Origin: Marsupella aquatica
Taxonomy: Eukaryota; Plantae; Marchantiophyta
DNA length: 64,000 nt
Assembly: GCA_973895155.1 (NCBI GenBank)
Contig: OZ316894.1
Span: forward strand, 13,573,580 to 13,637,579
Direction of reading: 5' to 3'
Under the pieces are notes generated by a model, which had not been told where the DNA came from, made no database searches, and worked only from the letters and a program-made list of their open reading frames with translations. The translations under genes and the position numbers were made by a program. Numbering within the stretch: the stretch's first letter is position 1; every line of letters starts with the position of its first letter. This document shows, one piece after another, positions 50,401 to 61,978 of the stretch.

Positions 50401-52080
50401 CATGCCTGGTTGCTGCATCGGCAAGTCTTCCTTCCTTGGCCTAAACACCTGCTCGATCGTCGGGCTAACAGGTGGTTGAGGCTTCTTTGCTACCGGCCTC
50501 GGTGCTGGGGCTTCCTCGGGTGCCCTTACCTGCAAGGGAAGTACTGGGGCAAAGGTCTGACCTCTGGCATACCGGCACAACAGCGGCATGTGATAGCCAA
50601 GCCGCGACACGCTCCCCATGCCGATTACCTGCTGCTCCTCTTTTAAGATCTTCCTCAATTGGTTGAGGAGGTACCCATTGTAGTCCCGGCTTGGGTCTGG
50701 CCTCTCTGCCAGATAGACCTGTGCCTTGCCGATCTCTGCCCTTGGCAAGTTACAATGCATGGTCACCCGCAAGAAGTCGATCATCTCTCCTATGTGCGAG
50801 TTGGTGCAGGTGTTCCGGAAGAAGCCATTCTTCGTTGATGGCTCGGGGAACGACCGGAACTCCTTGTCAGGCAAGGTCTTCCTGGTATCAACTTTGGTCT
50901 TATTGCCTATCGGCAAGCCAAACACTTCGGCAATCACCTTGGGAGTAAGATAGAAATCCTTCCCATATATCCTCGTGCAATTGGTCTCGGGTTCCCATGA
51001 CCCCACGAATTCTAATAGGTCTGAATCCGGTACCTCCGGCTTCAGCCATGGTAATCTTACAAAGGCCTCTAAGCCGGATCCGGCCATGAAGCCTTGGTAC
51101 TTCTTGGTCTGCATGGCCATAAAGCATGCATCCTCCTCCCGTGCAAAATGTAGTTGCACCTCCACCGGTAGGGTTGCCGCCCAGCCTTTCCAGGTGTCAT
51201 CCCTGGTTGGAATGGCATTGATGGGATCGACCTCTTCCTCTTCGGCTTCTCCCTGCCTCCTGCTCTGCTGCTCGGCTGGCTTCCTTGGTGCCGCCGACCT
51301 TGTTCTTTTTGCCGGAGTGGCTTCATCGTTGACGGCTCCCTTCCTCTTCATCTCTACTGCCGTGGAGGTTTCTCCTAGCACCGTTGCCGGGGTCCACCTT
51401 TCCGTGCTACCCTTCAATTCCCAGTGTATGTCGTTGCAATTCTTGATGGCCTCTCGAATGCCGATGATTCTGTCTTCGCAAAACAGAAGATCGTCGAGCT
51501 GATTGGAAGTAGGAGTCCACAAGAACTCGGCGTTGATGAGTTTGCCTCCTAAGAAAGCCATCTTTTGCAGCTCCCACAATCGAGCGAGCTCCTGCCGTTC
51601 TCGAGCGGCCCTTTCTGATTCCTCGTCCTCGTAAGTCTTGATGTACTCAGTTGCCCGTTCGAACAGGCATCCCCAGAAATGTGCCGCTTGATTGACGTTG
51701 CTCATACCCTCCTTAGGTTGATCGTTGGTATCTACTCTCTCCCCGAGTGCTTGCCTAAGTAGCTGACAGTAGTTGGCCTCCCGTAGTCGTCTGCCTAGTT
51801 CGTGCTCGCAAATGAGCCACCATCTCCTGCAAGCGCTCCTTACCCCTCTCCTCTTCCGGTCCTTTCTCCCATTGATCCTTCCTAGCCGCCGACGCTTAAC
51901 GCGCCCTAACCTAATCTTGCTTTCACCCCCAGCGTCCTTACCTCCGGCCTCGGCCCGGGTTCCATGGTCGCCCCTAATTGTTTATATTTTCCTTGTTTTG
52001 TCCCTATACTAAGGTGTTTCTAGGGTGCATTCCTGCTTTACCCACCTAACTGGCCGAGTGATTCCTGGCTAGGCATCACA
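47446..52080 (-). repeat. Gypsy 5' LTR (~4635 bp)
   Basis: Near-identical to 36824-41455; followed on the minus strand by the PBS. Confidence 0.96.
48351..51965 (-). pseudogene. LTR-encoded large protein, copy 2 (stop plus frameshifts)
   Basis: Same protein as copy 1. TAG at 49984, a 4-bp duplication near 49648 and an indel near 51910. Confidence 0.85.
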
Positions 52081-52304
52081 AAGACCACTAAGGTAAAACC
52101 ACTAGTAGAAACCGGGGGTATTTAGACCCCATTAAACAACTATTCAGTACCGTATAGGACTTGGAAACAACTGGGAAGGACTCCAGTCCTTTGTAGGACT
52201 ATGAGTTGTATGTTTTGTTACTATAATCAACTGAGTCCTTTATAGAACTGGTTTATAAGTCATTTTATAGACTGGATTTTCAGTCTGTTGTAGTCTTTGT
52301 GTGG

Positions 52305-55300
52305 TGTGGTGCGTCCCATGGCTCCCTAAACCCAAGAAACCCCCCAGCTCAAGCCGATTCCCGCAGGTTTCGTGCTTGGCGAGGCCGTTTCCGCGGCTTA
52401 GCGGCATGGGACGCTGCTAACCTTCTACTATTACTATTAACATTTTACACACATATACTGGACAGATCCTTCATCGGGTCATGAGATACGTAGCCGGCCT
52501 AATATAGGCCTTCCCCTGTCTTCCCCTGTCTTCCCCTCCGTCTTGTTAGGTATGTTTGGATTCCGCCCCCGGAATGATCCCCAATAGGCTTGGTTAAGCC
52601 GCTAAGACCTCTCTCAGCTCGACACATCCAACTCTCACTCCCCTGCTTACTTTCCTTCCTTCTGTTGATGTGGGCACTCTTCACACAAGTTAATGCGACA
52701 CACAAATAGCAAAATGACTCATTCTGACTGAGTCATACCATGCACTTGCCATACAAACAGTACATCTCATACACAAGTTCTGCGAACTAAGCCGTGAGGC
52801 CAACTCTATTCATCTCTTAGGCATGAGGAAACATGAATATACACAAGGGTCACTGTATGACTAACCGAGAGCTTCTCGTACTACTTGATCCCAGCCCGGC
52901 TGGTGCAAACTAAAAACTTGCTAAAGAAGAGGCCCTGAGCTCCCCGCTGCCCAGGTACTTATCCTGGTAGTGGATCCGCCATTCTTTGCATCGTAAGCCT
53001 AATCTACCTGACAGTAATCTACTTGCCCGAATCTACCTATGTACAACAAGGCAGGAGCACAAGTGTTGCTCCTACCAGTGGAACCGCAATCCCACTAAGC
53101 TAAGTGTCAGGGCCGCTCCTGGTTCTAATCCTAATCCTAAACGTGGAGATCCGCGCCCGCCCTGCCCACTCACGCCTCCTCCCTCCACGTCCGCCCTCCC
53201 TAAAAGGAACGGCGCCCTTGCACCGTCACGACACCGGTGGTGGATCCTCAATGGACGCCCCCAACACTTCCTCCTCAGCCACTGCCGTTGGCCCGCCTAC
53301 TGACAGATTACCTGCCCTTGACCGAGTCAACTCTCCATCGGCCTGACTGGGTCCACCTTCGGCTTCAGCCTCGATACCGGCCTCGGCAATACCCACGGCT
53401 TCGGCCTCAGCCACTCCCTCGGCTTCGGCCTCCCCTTCCCCTAGGGTAGTTGGATCCTTAGCCGTGACCCTGTCTGGGGTCGGTGCTGGGTCTACCTCCT
53501 TGATCACCACGGCCTGTGAAGTCGTATTACTCCTTGACCCTGAAGGTTTCCGCTTCTTCTTCGTTGGTGGCTCGGCAGCTGGTCCCTTCCCCTTCCCACT
53601 TACTTCCGGCACTGGTGCAGTTGACGCGGCTTGTCCTTCGGCAATTACCACCCCTGGTAACTGGTTTGTCCCAACGGGAGATGGACCTACTGCAGCTAAG
53701 CATTTAAATACTGCGGCTTGTTTCTTCAGCCGCTCTGTTTGGTTGTCGGCCCGCCGCTGTAGGTTCTCCATCTTCCTCGTGATTTCCTCCAACTCCTCTT
53801 GGGTTTCATCCAGGTCCTTACGTGCCCCCTCCAGCTCGTCTTTGGCCTCCTCCTGCTCCCTGTGGGCTTCCTCCAATTCCTTCTTCAAGGTAGCCCTCTC
53901 CTCCTGGGTTGCTCTTAGCTCCTTGTCGAGCTCTGCAATGATGACAGACTCCATCTGGTTCATCTTGGCGTAAGTCTGTTCGAGCATCTCGTCCTTCTCC
54001 CTTAGGTCGGCCTTGAAGCTGGCCGTCAGGGACGCAAGCTCCTGCTGCAGCGCCATAATCCCTTGATAGGATTTCCCTAACTCGACCTCCTTCTGCTCAA
54101 GGGCTCCGCGGATTTTCTCGAGCTCCCCTTTCAACGCCCATTCCTTTCTTTGGGTCTCCGCCATGGCCCGGCTGTTGGCTGTTATGTGGGCCTCCTCTGT
54201 ATTCTTCAGCTCTTGCTTCCACTTCTCCCTCTCTTTGATCGTGTCGGCCAACTCTTCCTGCGTCTGAGTCAGTTTATCCTTGATATTCTGATTATCAGCC
54301 TGCGCGGTGTCCAACTGCCCCTGCATGATGTTCAGCTCATGTCGTTTAATCCGCAGTTCATCTTGGGCTTTCTTGGCCGCCCTTAGATCTTCAATCTCGG
54401 CTTCCATCCTCCTAAGCCGCCGAATGACCTCGTCCTTCTTGCTTCTCTCTAAAGCCACCGCTTCTTCTAATTGGTGCTTCTCCAACTGCTCCCTATGGAA
54501 AAAGGGTCCTACCTCCAACTCCTCTCCAAAGATGCCGAGCGCAAGTTCCCCACACATCTCACCATACTCCATGGCTCTATTCTTAGCGTAGGTGGAGTAA
54601 GTAGAAGTGATCGGCATCGCCCATCGTGGCCTCTGCTCCCAAGCCGTCCTGCGGATCTCTTCAATCGTGGCTAGAGGTTTGCTTCCTTTTTCGGCTAGCC
54701 GCCTGATGTCCTCCGGCCAATCTCCTCCTGGCAAATCCTTTTCCTTAGCCAGGGCGGCCTCTTCCTCCTGCTTGATTCGCTCCTGAAATTCCTGCACCGT
54801 CTGTTTTATGCCGTCAAAGCTCGGGGGAGCAACATCTGGTGGGGGAGACTCAGGGCTACTCTGCTGGTTGGGGTCCCCTCGCACTACCCTTGGAAGTGTG
54901 GGGACAAACCGGCCACAGGTCCTTACTCCTGGAACGTGATGGTCCGACCCATAGCCGGAATTATCATGGCTGCAGTCCTCCACTGCCTCCTCTACCTCTT
55001 GGACGTCCGGCTTCTCCCTCTCCTCTTCGTCGGTAGGAGCTTCAGGCAATTCTGCCTCAGATTCGGAGCTTGAGGTTCCCACGTACATTCGAACACCTGG
55101 CTTGGATTCCGGCCTGATTCTCTCCTTGTCTCCAGCAAAGGGGTTTTCTCTTGTGAGCCGGTGTAGGCCTACCTCTGTAGTAGTGTCCTGCATTGTTGCC
55201 GTTGCCGTTGTTGTTGCCGATGCCGATTTCTTTTCTTTCTCCAGTAGTTTCAGCAGACTCTGCATGCCTGGTTGCTGCATCGGCAAGTCTTCCTTCCTGG

Positions 55301-56940
55301 GCCTAAACACCTGCTCGATCGTAGGACTAACAGGTGGTTGAGGCTTCTCAGCCAACGGCCTCGGCGTTGGAGCTTCCTCGGGTGCCCTTACCTGCAGGGG
55401 AAGTACCGGGGCAAAAGTCTGACCTCTGGCATACCGGCACAACAGCGGCATGTGATAGCCAAGCCGCGACACGCTCCCCATGCCGATTACCTGCTGCTCC
55501 TCCTTTAAGATCTTCTTCAATTGGTTGAGGAGGTACCCGTTGTAGTCCCGGCTTGGGTCTGGCCTTTCTGCCAGATAGACCTGTGCCTTGCCAATCTCTG
55601 CCCTCGGCAAGTTACAATGCATGGTCACCCGCAAGAAGTCGATCATCTCTCCTATGTGCGGGTTGGTGCAGGTATTCCGGAAGAAGCCATTCTTCGTTGA
55701 TGGCCCGGGGAACGACCGGAACTCCTTGTCAGGCAAGGTCTTCCTGGTATCAACTTTGGTCTTATTGCCTATCGGCAGGCCAAACACTTCGGCAATTACC
55801 TTGGGAGTAAGATAGAAATCCCTCCCATATATCCTCGTGCAATTGGTCTCGGGTTCCCATGACCCCACGAATTCTAATAGGTCTGACTCCGGTACCTCCG
55901 GCTTCAGCCATGGTAATCTTACAAAGGCCTCCAAGCCGGATCCGGCCATGAAGCCTTGGTACTTCTTGGTCTGCATGGCCGTAAAGCATGCATCCTCCTC
56001 CCGTGCAAAATGTAGTTGCACCTCCACCGGTAGGGTTGCCGCCCAGCCCTTCCAGGTGTCATCCCTGGTTGGAATGGCATTGATGGGATCGACCTCCTCC
56101 TCTTCGGCTTCTCCCTGCCTCCTGCTCTGCTGCTCGGCTGGCTTCTTTGGTGCCGCCGACCTCGTTCTTTTTGCCGGGGTGGCTTCATCGTTGACGGCTC
56201 CCTTCCTCTTCATCTCTGCTGCCGTGGAGGTTTCTCCTAGCACCGTTGCCTGGGTCCACCTTTCCGTGCTACCCTTTAATTCCCAGTGTATGTCGTTGCA
56301 GTTCTTGATGGCCTCTCGGATGCCGACGACGCTGTCTTTGCAAAACAGAAGATCGTCGAGTTGATTGGAAGTAGGTGTCCACAGGAACTCGTCCTTGATG
56401 AGTTCGCCTCCTAAGAAAGCCGTCTTCTGCAGCTCCCACAATCAAGCGAGCTCCTGCTGTTCTCGAGCTGCCCTTTCTGACTCCTCGTCTTCGTAAGTCT
56501 TGATGTACTCAGTTGCCCGTTCGAACAGGCATCCCCAGAAATGTGCCGCTTGATTGACGTTGCTCATACCCTCCTTAGGTCGATCGTCGGTATCTACTCT
56601 CTCCCCGAGTGCTTGCCTAAGCAGCTGACAGTAGTTGGCCTCCCGTAGTCGTCTGCCTAGTTCGTGCTCGCAAATGAGCCACCATCTCCTGCAAGCGCTC
56701 CTTACCCCTCTCCTCTGCCGGTCCTTCTTCCCGTTGATCCTTCCTAGCCGCCGACGCTTAACGCGCCCTAACCCTAATCGGGTTTTCACCCTTAGCCTTA
56801 CCTCCGGCCTCGGCCCGGGTTCCATGGTTGCCCCTAATTGTTTATATTTTCCTTGTTTTGTCACTATACTAAGGTGTTCCTAGGGTGCCTTCCTGCTTTA
56901 CCCACTTAACCGGCCGAGTGATTCCTGTCTAGGCATCACA
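52305..56940 (-). mobile_element. Solo LTR of the gypsy family (~4636 bp, divergent subfamily)
   Basis: TG..CA ends, TSD TGTGG (52300-52304, 56941-56945), no internal region. Collinear with the gypsy LTRs. Confidence 0.96.
53226..56864 (-). CDS. LTR-encoded large protein, copy 3 (~1,210 codons, a single CGA>TGA stop at 56442-56444)
   Basis: 1071 uninterrupted codons plus 140 in-frame upstream codons. GLEAFVRLPWL..LLEFVGSWE..IYGRDFYLTPKVIAEVFGLP followed by a heptad-rich coiled coil. Confidence 0.88.
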
Positions 56941-59510
56941 TGTGGGTAGGTTTGGTGAGTCTTTTTCAGTCTTTTATGGGCTGCGATGGTGAGTCGTTGG
57001 GAACGACTCAAAAGGTTATGGAGGGTAGTCTTTAAGTATACTTTGTGGGTTTATAAAACGACTAAAGTAGACACTTTGTGGGGTATGTATAAGTCTTTCA
57101 AGTCAACTGGAAATGAGTGATGAAGACCCCACTATACTACTTGGAATGAACTCACTCTTGTGCACAAATAACACATTCCATTCATGTTTTATTGTGTACT
57201 TGGAATGAACTCACTCTATAAGCTCACCATTCACCATGTTAACATTAGAACCTCACACAAATTTTCAGAAATCTTCTATACCATGTACACTAATATGAAT
57301 TCACAGATTCAAACATCATAGACTACAAAGAAGGTCACAAAGCATTCGTCTATACCATACACACTAATACTGAAATGATACAAAACAGATTCAAGTATCA
57401 TAGACAATCAGCATAGAGCCATAGTTTGACATCAATCACTTGTTTCATACATACAGAATTCAGAAATATGAATGTCACACACAACAGCTCCTTCATCCTC
57501 TTTACCAAATGGAAAAATTGGTACAGATATTTCTTGGATCTTTCCAAGGCAATGTCAAAATGTTACACAATTCACATGATTCTATCTACACTTGCATTCA
57601 GTCACTGTAGACTAACACACTCTGATGGCCAGAGCACAAGAGATCCTACTGCATCTGCAATTATTTCCTGAGGTGAATCATCGTCTCTATTCAGAAATGG
57701 CAAATTACAATCAGATACAATCACTGTAGTCAACAACACTACTACATGGTCATCCGGGACCACTTTGCCATGGAATTTAGCATGATCCGGTCGCAAAATG
57801 CCTGTACCCACACATACCTGCGAGTCATCCTCCCTTGATAGAAGATTATGGACTGGCTCTGCTGTGGCTATCACCTCCACCTTACCCTGGCTATTTTTCT
57901 TGGCTTTCCTGGGTGGCTTATACATGACATTATTCATACCTTGGTTGCGAGTCATGACTTTGGCACAAGTGTTTTGTGCTGGTGATCGAGAATGGGCTAC
58001 ACTCTTCTTCAAAGAATCTGCATCCATATTTGACACTTCCGATTGTGTAGCAGGATTTCCCTGCAACATCATCTCAGTATCTGCCAACATTGTACTTGCT
58101 TCAATTGAAGCATCTACAATCTTACTTGCATCCAATGTTGCTCCCAAGTTTCGACGTCACTTCACCCTGCTCCCACTTGGTTGAGAGTCTGTCAACTCTG
58201 CATCAACTACAATTCAGTGCATTGTCCAACATAAGTGAATCACTCATCACATGTGCGCCATGTACATGTCACCAACCACAAAGTTGTCACTATCTCCTTA
58301 CCATTATGAACAGCCTTCTTCCCCTTCTTTGCCATTGCCATATCCTCCATGTCTACTTCTGATGATCAATAAACACACCACAATATTCAGGTTCAATCTA
58401 TTAACCACTAAATTGTTTCTCAACAATGGTAGGAGAGGAATTTGAAGCATCAGCTTACCTGATACCTCCTTGGCTATGGTCACTGAGGCATTGGGCACAT
58501 CTTTTTCATTGCTCTTTGAATCACCTGATACATCAATCATGATGTCACTTCAGATCCCAGTTGATCCAACCAGTTCTTACAGAAAATATTACCTCCAACC
58601 GGCTTAAGCTTCACAAAACTCCATGCACTTTTCAATGTAATGTACTGGATCATAGCAGGTTACCTATCTTAGCAACCTTTTTGCCATTCTGCTTACTGAT
58701 TACAGGGTCCTTCTCTACCTCCACTCTTCCTGCATTCAAACCATTCACTCAATTCATGAAAACTTACTTCTAACATTTGAACATAGGACACAATGAACAA
58801 TGGGCCGGTGTCATTTCCATACCTGTGTCAGATTTGCCAATTCCCTTTTTTGTTAACAAGGGCACACTTTGTACAATGTTGCCCTCATTGTTTGGTTGGG
58901 AACCACCCAATTTTTCAATCACAAGCTTGAAATTAGATTCCACTGATGCAAGAAGGTTCGCTACAGATGCCTCCACAATATCCAAACGATCAGCCAATTT
59001 ACTTTCCACTCGAGGGAGTCCACACTCTAATGACTTCAACCGTTCACACATCTCTGTGAGAGTTGTAACAGTTCCCTGTCATAACACAACTTACATATCT
59101 CAGATAATTGTCCCCAAGAACTGGTTGCTTACTTCCTACTACAATTCTTTCTGATGCTCAAGGCAAAATAGTCACAGAACATACAGAATTACAACATAAT
59201 CACCTGTTTGGAAGTCACACTTGTCACCTCACTCCTTTGTTTCATGAACTCCTCTCTCACTTCTTGTGCTGATGGTTCTTCACCTGTCAATTTCTTCTAC
59301 AGTCCACATCAACATACATATGAATGAAACCAAGTGTTGATTGTCAATGAAAATGTAATAATGGTAGCAAGATGATAAGTTTGAGGCTTACTATCAGGCA
59401 TGTCACTGCCTTACCAATTGTTCTTTCACTAGAGCATAACTTCCTCTCCCAGCCTGTGATAGGTGTTTCACTTTGCCTCGAGCATTTGACATCAGTTCAC
59501 TCTTGCTCTG

Positions 59511-61978
59511 TGTCAAGCGGTTGACATTGGGTCTTGACACCAAAGCTGTCACTATTGGGTGCCAAAACTATCTCCTTGTACTTGAGGATCACAGAGGGAT
59601 GTTGTGAAGGTTGGTATACACCGGTTTATCCCCTTAACGCCAGACTATCAAAGCAAGACTCTGTCACACATCACCCAAGCTCAATCCCAAAGGACCAAGG
59701 TTGGGAATCAGCTCTTGCACTCATGATAGTTCTGGTGAGAAGGGGGTCTTCATGTCGGGCCCGTACACACAGGGCCTAGCGCTACGGTGCGCATATGTCT
59801 ATACGTATGCTTACTGCCATAGGTATGTTTCTATTCCGCCGCCGGAATGTACCCATAAACCAGTGACTCTGACTGATTCCTGGCTTAGGGACTTCTAAGC
59901 AATTGCCCCACCACTCTGCCATTCCACTCCCAGCAATCAGAGTTATGACAGCCCTCACCCAACCCACTTCAATGCACCCGGTACACCTCTCAGTGGCGCT
60001 GCTAGTCCCATCATACACTCAGATTGCCTCACACACACACACATCCATGAGAGAAATGAGGCTTGAGAGGAAAACTCAATTAGATTCAACGATGTGCACA
60101 ATAGTTCACTGAGAACACTTGATTCGAACAATAGTCCCGAAGGCTGTCTACTCCAGATTGCGACGTGCTTGCCATGCAAGCTCAATCCTGAACCTGAGCC
60201 CGGCTCACTCCAGATTGCGATGGCAGATTGGACTCGTACCAATCCCGTACTTGCCTTGCAAACTCAATCCTGAACTCAACCTCCTTCACTGCACTTCATT
60301 CTTGGGGGCACATACAGATCTCACACCTCCATTTCAGAATGTCAAGTTACGCATGCACAGTTGACTCGACTTCAAAGCTGGTACCAGGCCTAACGGCGAT
60401 CTACCCCAGACTGCAATGAGGCCCGGCCTCATGCTTGCCCTGCAAGCTCAGCTCTGGCCATAAATCCCTTAGTGCTCTCTACCAGAAAAAGGCCGGGACT
60501 CCCCATGGATCACATAGCCTTGCCAAACTGAACTGTAAATGCTCCTCTTGCTGCACCTCGATCAGTGTCTCAGCCTCCCTACTGTGCTCATTGTAAATGC
60601 AATCAAAATCCTCCCCACAGTTTACAATCACCAATACGTCACCTATCACCAAGGCTATGTATCGGGGGAAAAGAACCCAGTTGTGCTGCCCACTAGAAAG
60701 AGCCACAATCCAGCTCGCAAACCTGGCAAACCGTTGCTGTGAAGCTTGGCTGATTACTCCCTGAGTAATAGCACAACCCAACTCTCCCCAACACACGACG
60801 TCCAAGTCCAGCCTTGCTTGCACAGAGCTCCTCCCTGATGCTTAGTCTACGTGAGATCACACAACTGAAGTCCCCCCCCTTTGCCTCTACCGGGGGGCTG
60901 CCCTATATACTCTCACACTAAGCCCAAATGGGTGGATGCTACGTTGTTGGCGCCCCATCCTAGCCCTAACAGAGCCGCCACTATATCTAACTACTAAACC
61001 CTAACTCGCAACTTTATTTCTATCTCAAACTGACTATGTACTTCGGATTTGGCCCTCCTCCATGGTTTTTGCGAGCTTGCACCTCCTCTCCCAATTTCTC
61101 TATTCAACCATTTGCTGCGTGGGTAGCGGAGTTGGAAGCGGCTTGAGCTCCTCTTTCCAACGAGGTCAATTATAGCCAATTTGGGCAAATACATAGAAAG
61201 TTATGCCCCCGCAACCGAGAGGGGGTACACACGGTTGCGCTAACCCAAGTTACATAGCTAACCCGAGTTTGGCTAACCAAGCTATCTATCTAGCCCGAGT
61301 AGAGCTAACCCGTGGCCTCTGGCTAATCTGCTACCCGCTAGTCTGCTAGTTCGCTAGTCTGCTATCGCTAGTCTGCTAGTCTGCTAGCCGCTAGTCTGCT
61401 AGCCACGTACTAGTCTGCTATCCGCTAGTCTGCTAGTCTGCTATCGCTAGTCCGCTAGTATGTTATTCGCTAGTCTGCTAGTCTGCTAGCCACTAGTCTG
61501 CTAGTCTGCTAGCCGCTAGTCTGCTAGCCGCTAGTCTGAGCCCAAACCCGAGCTGACCTATGCTAACCCGGGCCCGAGGTCAGGCTAACCCAAACTTGGG
61601 CTAAGCCTAAGCTGAAGCCGGGCTGACCTAAGCTAAGCCTTGGCCAAGCTTAGGTTAACCCGAAACCGAAGCCAAACCCGCTAATTCCGGCCAGAAGTTA
61701 ACCCGACACACTAACCAGGCCGTATCTTTCTTAATACACCTCCATTTCCCGAGTGTTTTATATCGATTTTACTCGCCTTGACCAGATCTTTCCAATGCTC
61801 TTTATAGATCCGGATTTGGCGACACCTTGAAAGAGATACGGTCACCGCCACCCGCGACATATGATTGCCCTTATTCTTGCCATCTCGCTGATCGTTCTAC
61901 AGTCTCACAGTTACTTACTGTGCACAACATACCAATTCCATCGTATTATTGAATAAGGACCATGTCACCGGCGTCACA
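59511..61978 (-). mobile_element. Probable solo LTR (~2468 bp) of a second LTR family
   Basis: TG..CA ends, TSD CTCTG/CTCTA (1 mismatch), and the host ORF rejoins when the insert is removed. TATA-like TATATA on minus at ~60904-60909. Shares a 29-bp motif with the gypsy LTR. Confidence 0.75.
61317..61540. repeat. Tandem minisatellite (GCTAGTCT / GCTAGCC)n
   Basis: Many direct 7-8 bp units, flanked by a GCTAACCC-rich degenerate zone (61240-61700). Confidence 0.9.

Larger units (their letters stand above)
36824..52080 (-). mobile_element. Ty3/gypsy LTR retrotransposon (non-chromovirus, Athila/Phygy-like) with 4.6-kb ORF-bearing LTRs
   Basis: TSD AAGAC (36819-36823, 52081-52085); LTRs TG..CA. 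PBS-like TGGCGCTAGATGGAGGGGG at ~47423-47441 and PPT AAGTGGGGAG at ~41459-41468. Domain order gag-PR-RT-RH-INT, no chromodomain seen. Confidence 0.96.
27732..52099 (-). mobile_element. L1-clade LINE-B (own sequence 27732-30976, 36472-36823, 52081-52099), interrupted by copia, gypsy and CACTA-3
   Basis: A-rich tail plus 3' stem-loop at 27732-27780. ORF2 is continuous across the insertions, e.g. FYLSGL|GGWIAG..SDHDP across the gypsy TSD. Confidence 0.88.

Noticed and set aside
52086-52090. CACTA pentamer just after the gypsy TSD
   Set aside because: Part of the LINE-B endonuclease coding sequence (FYLSGL); the real TIR starts at 52100.
37607-56883. Numerous plus-strand ORFs over the LTRs (e.g. 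40349-40876, 50975-51502, 55837-56364)
   Set aside because: Antisense shadows of the GC-rich minus-strand ORF, repeated only because the LTR is repeated.
36824-56940. Three 4.6-kb copies as a segmental duplication or host coiled-coil gene family
   Set aside because: TG..CA ends, PBS, PPT and two distinct 5-bp TSDs show they are LTRs.
57138-57370. Short direct repeats (TACTTGGAATGAACTCACTCT twice; TCTATACCAT..CACTAATA twice)
   Set aside because: Local slippage duplications in the CACTA-3 3' non-coding region, with no further structure.
61317-61540. Possible CRISPR-like array
   Set aside because: Contiguous 7-8 bp units with no unique spacers; eukaryotic TE context.
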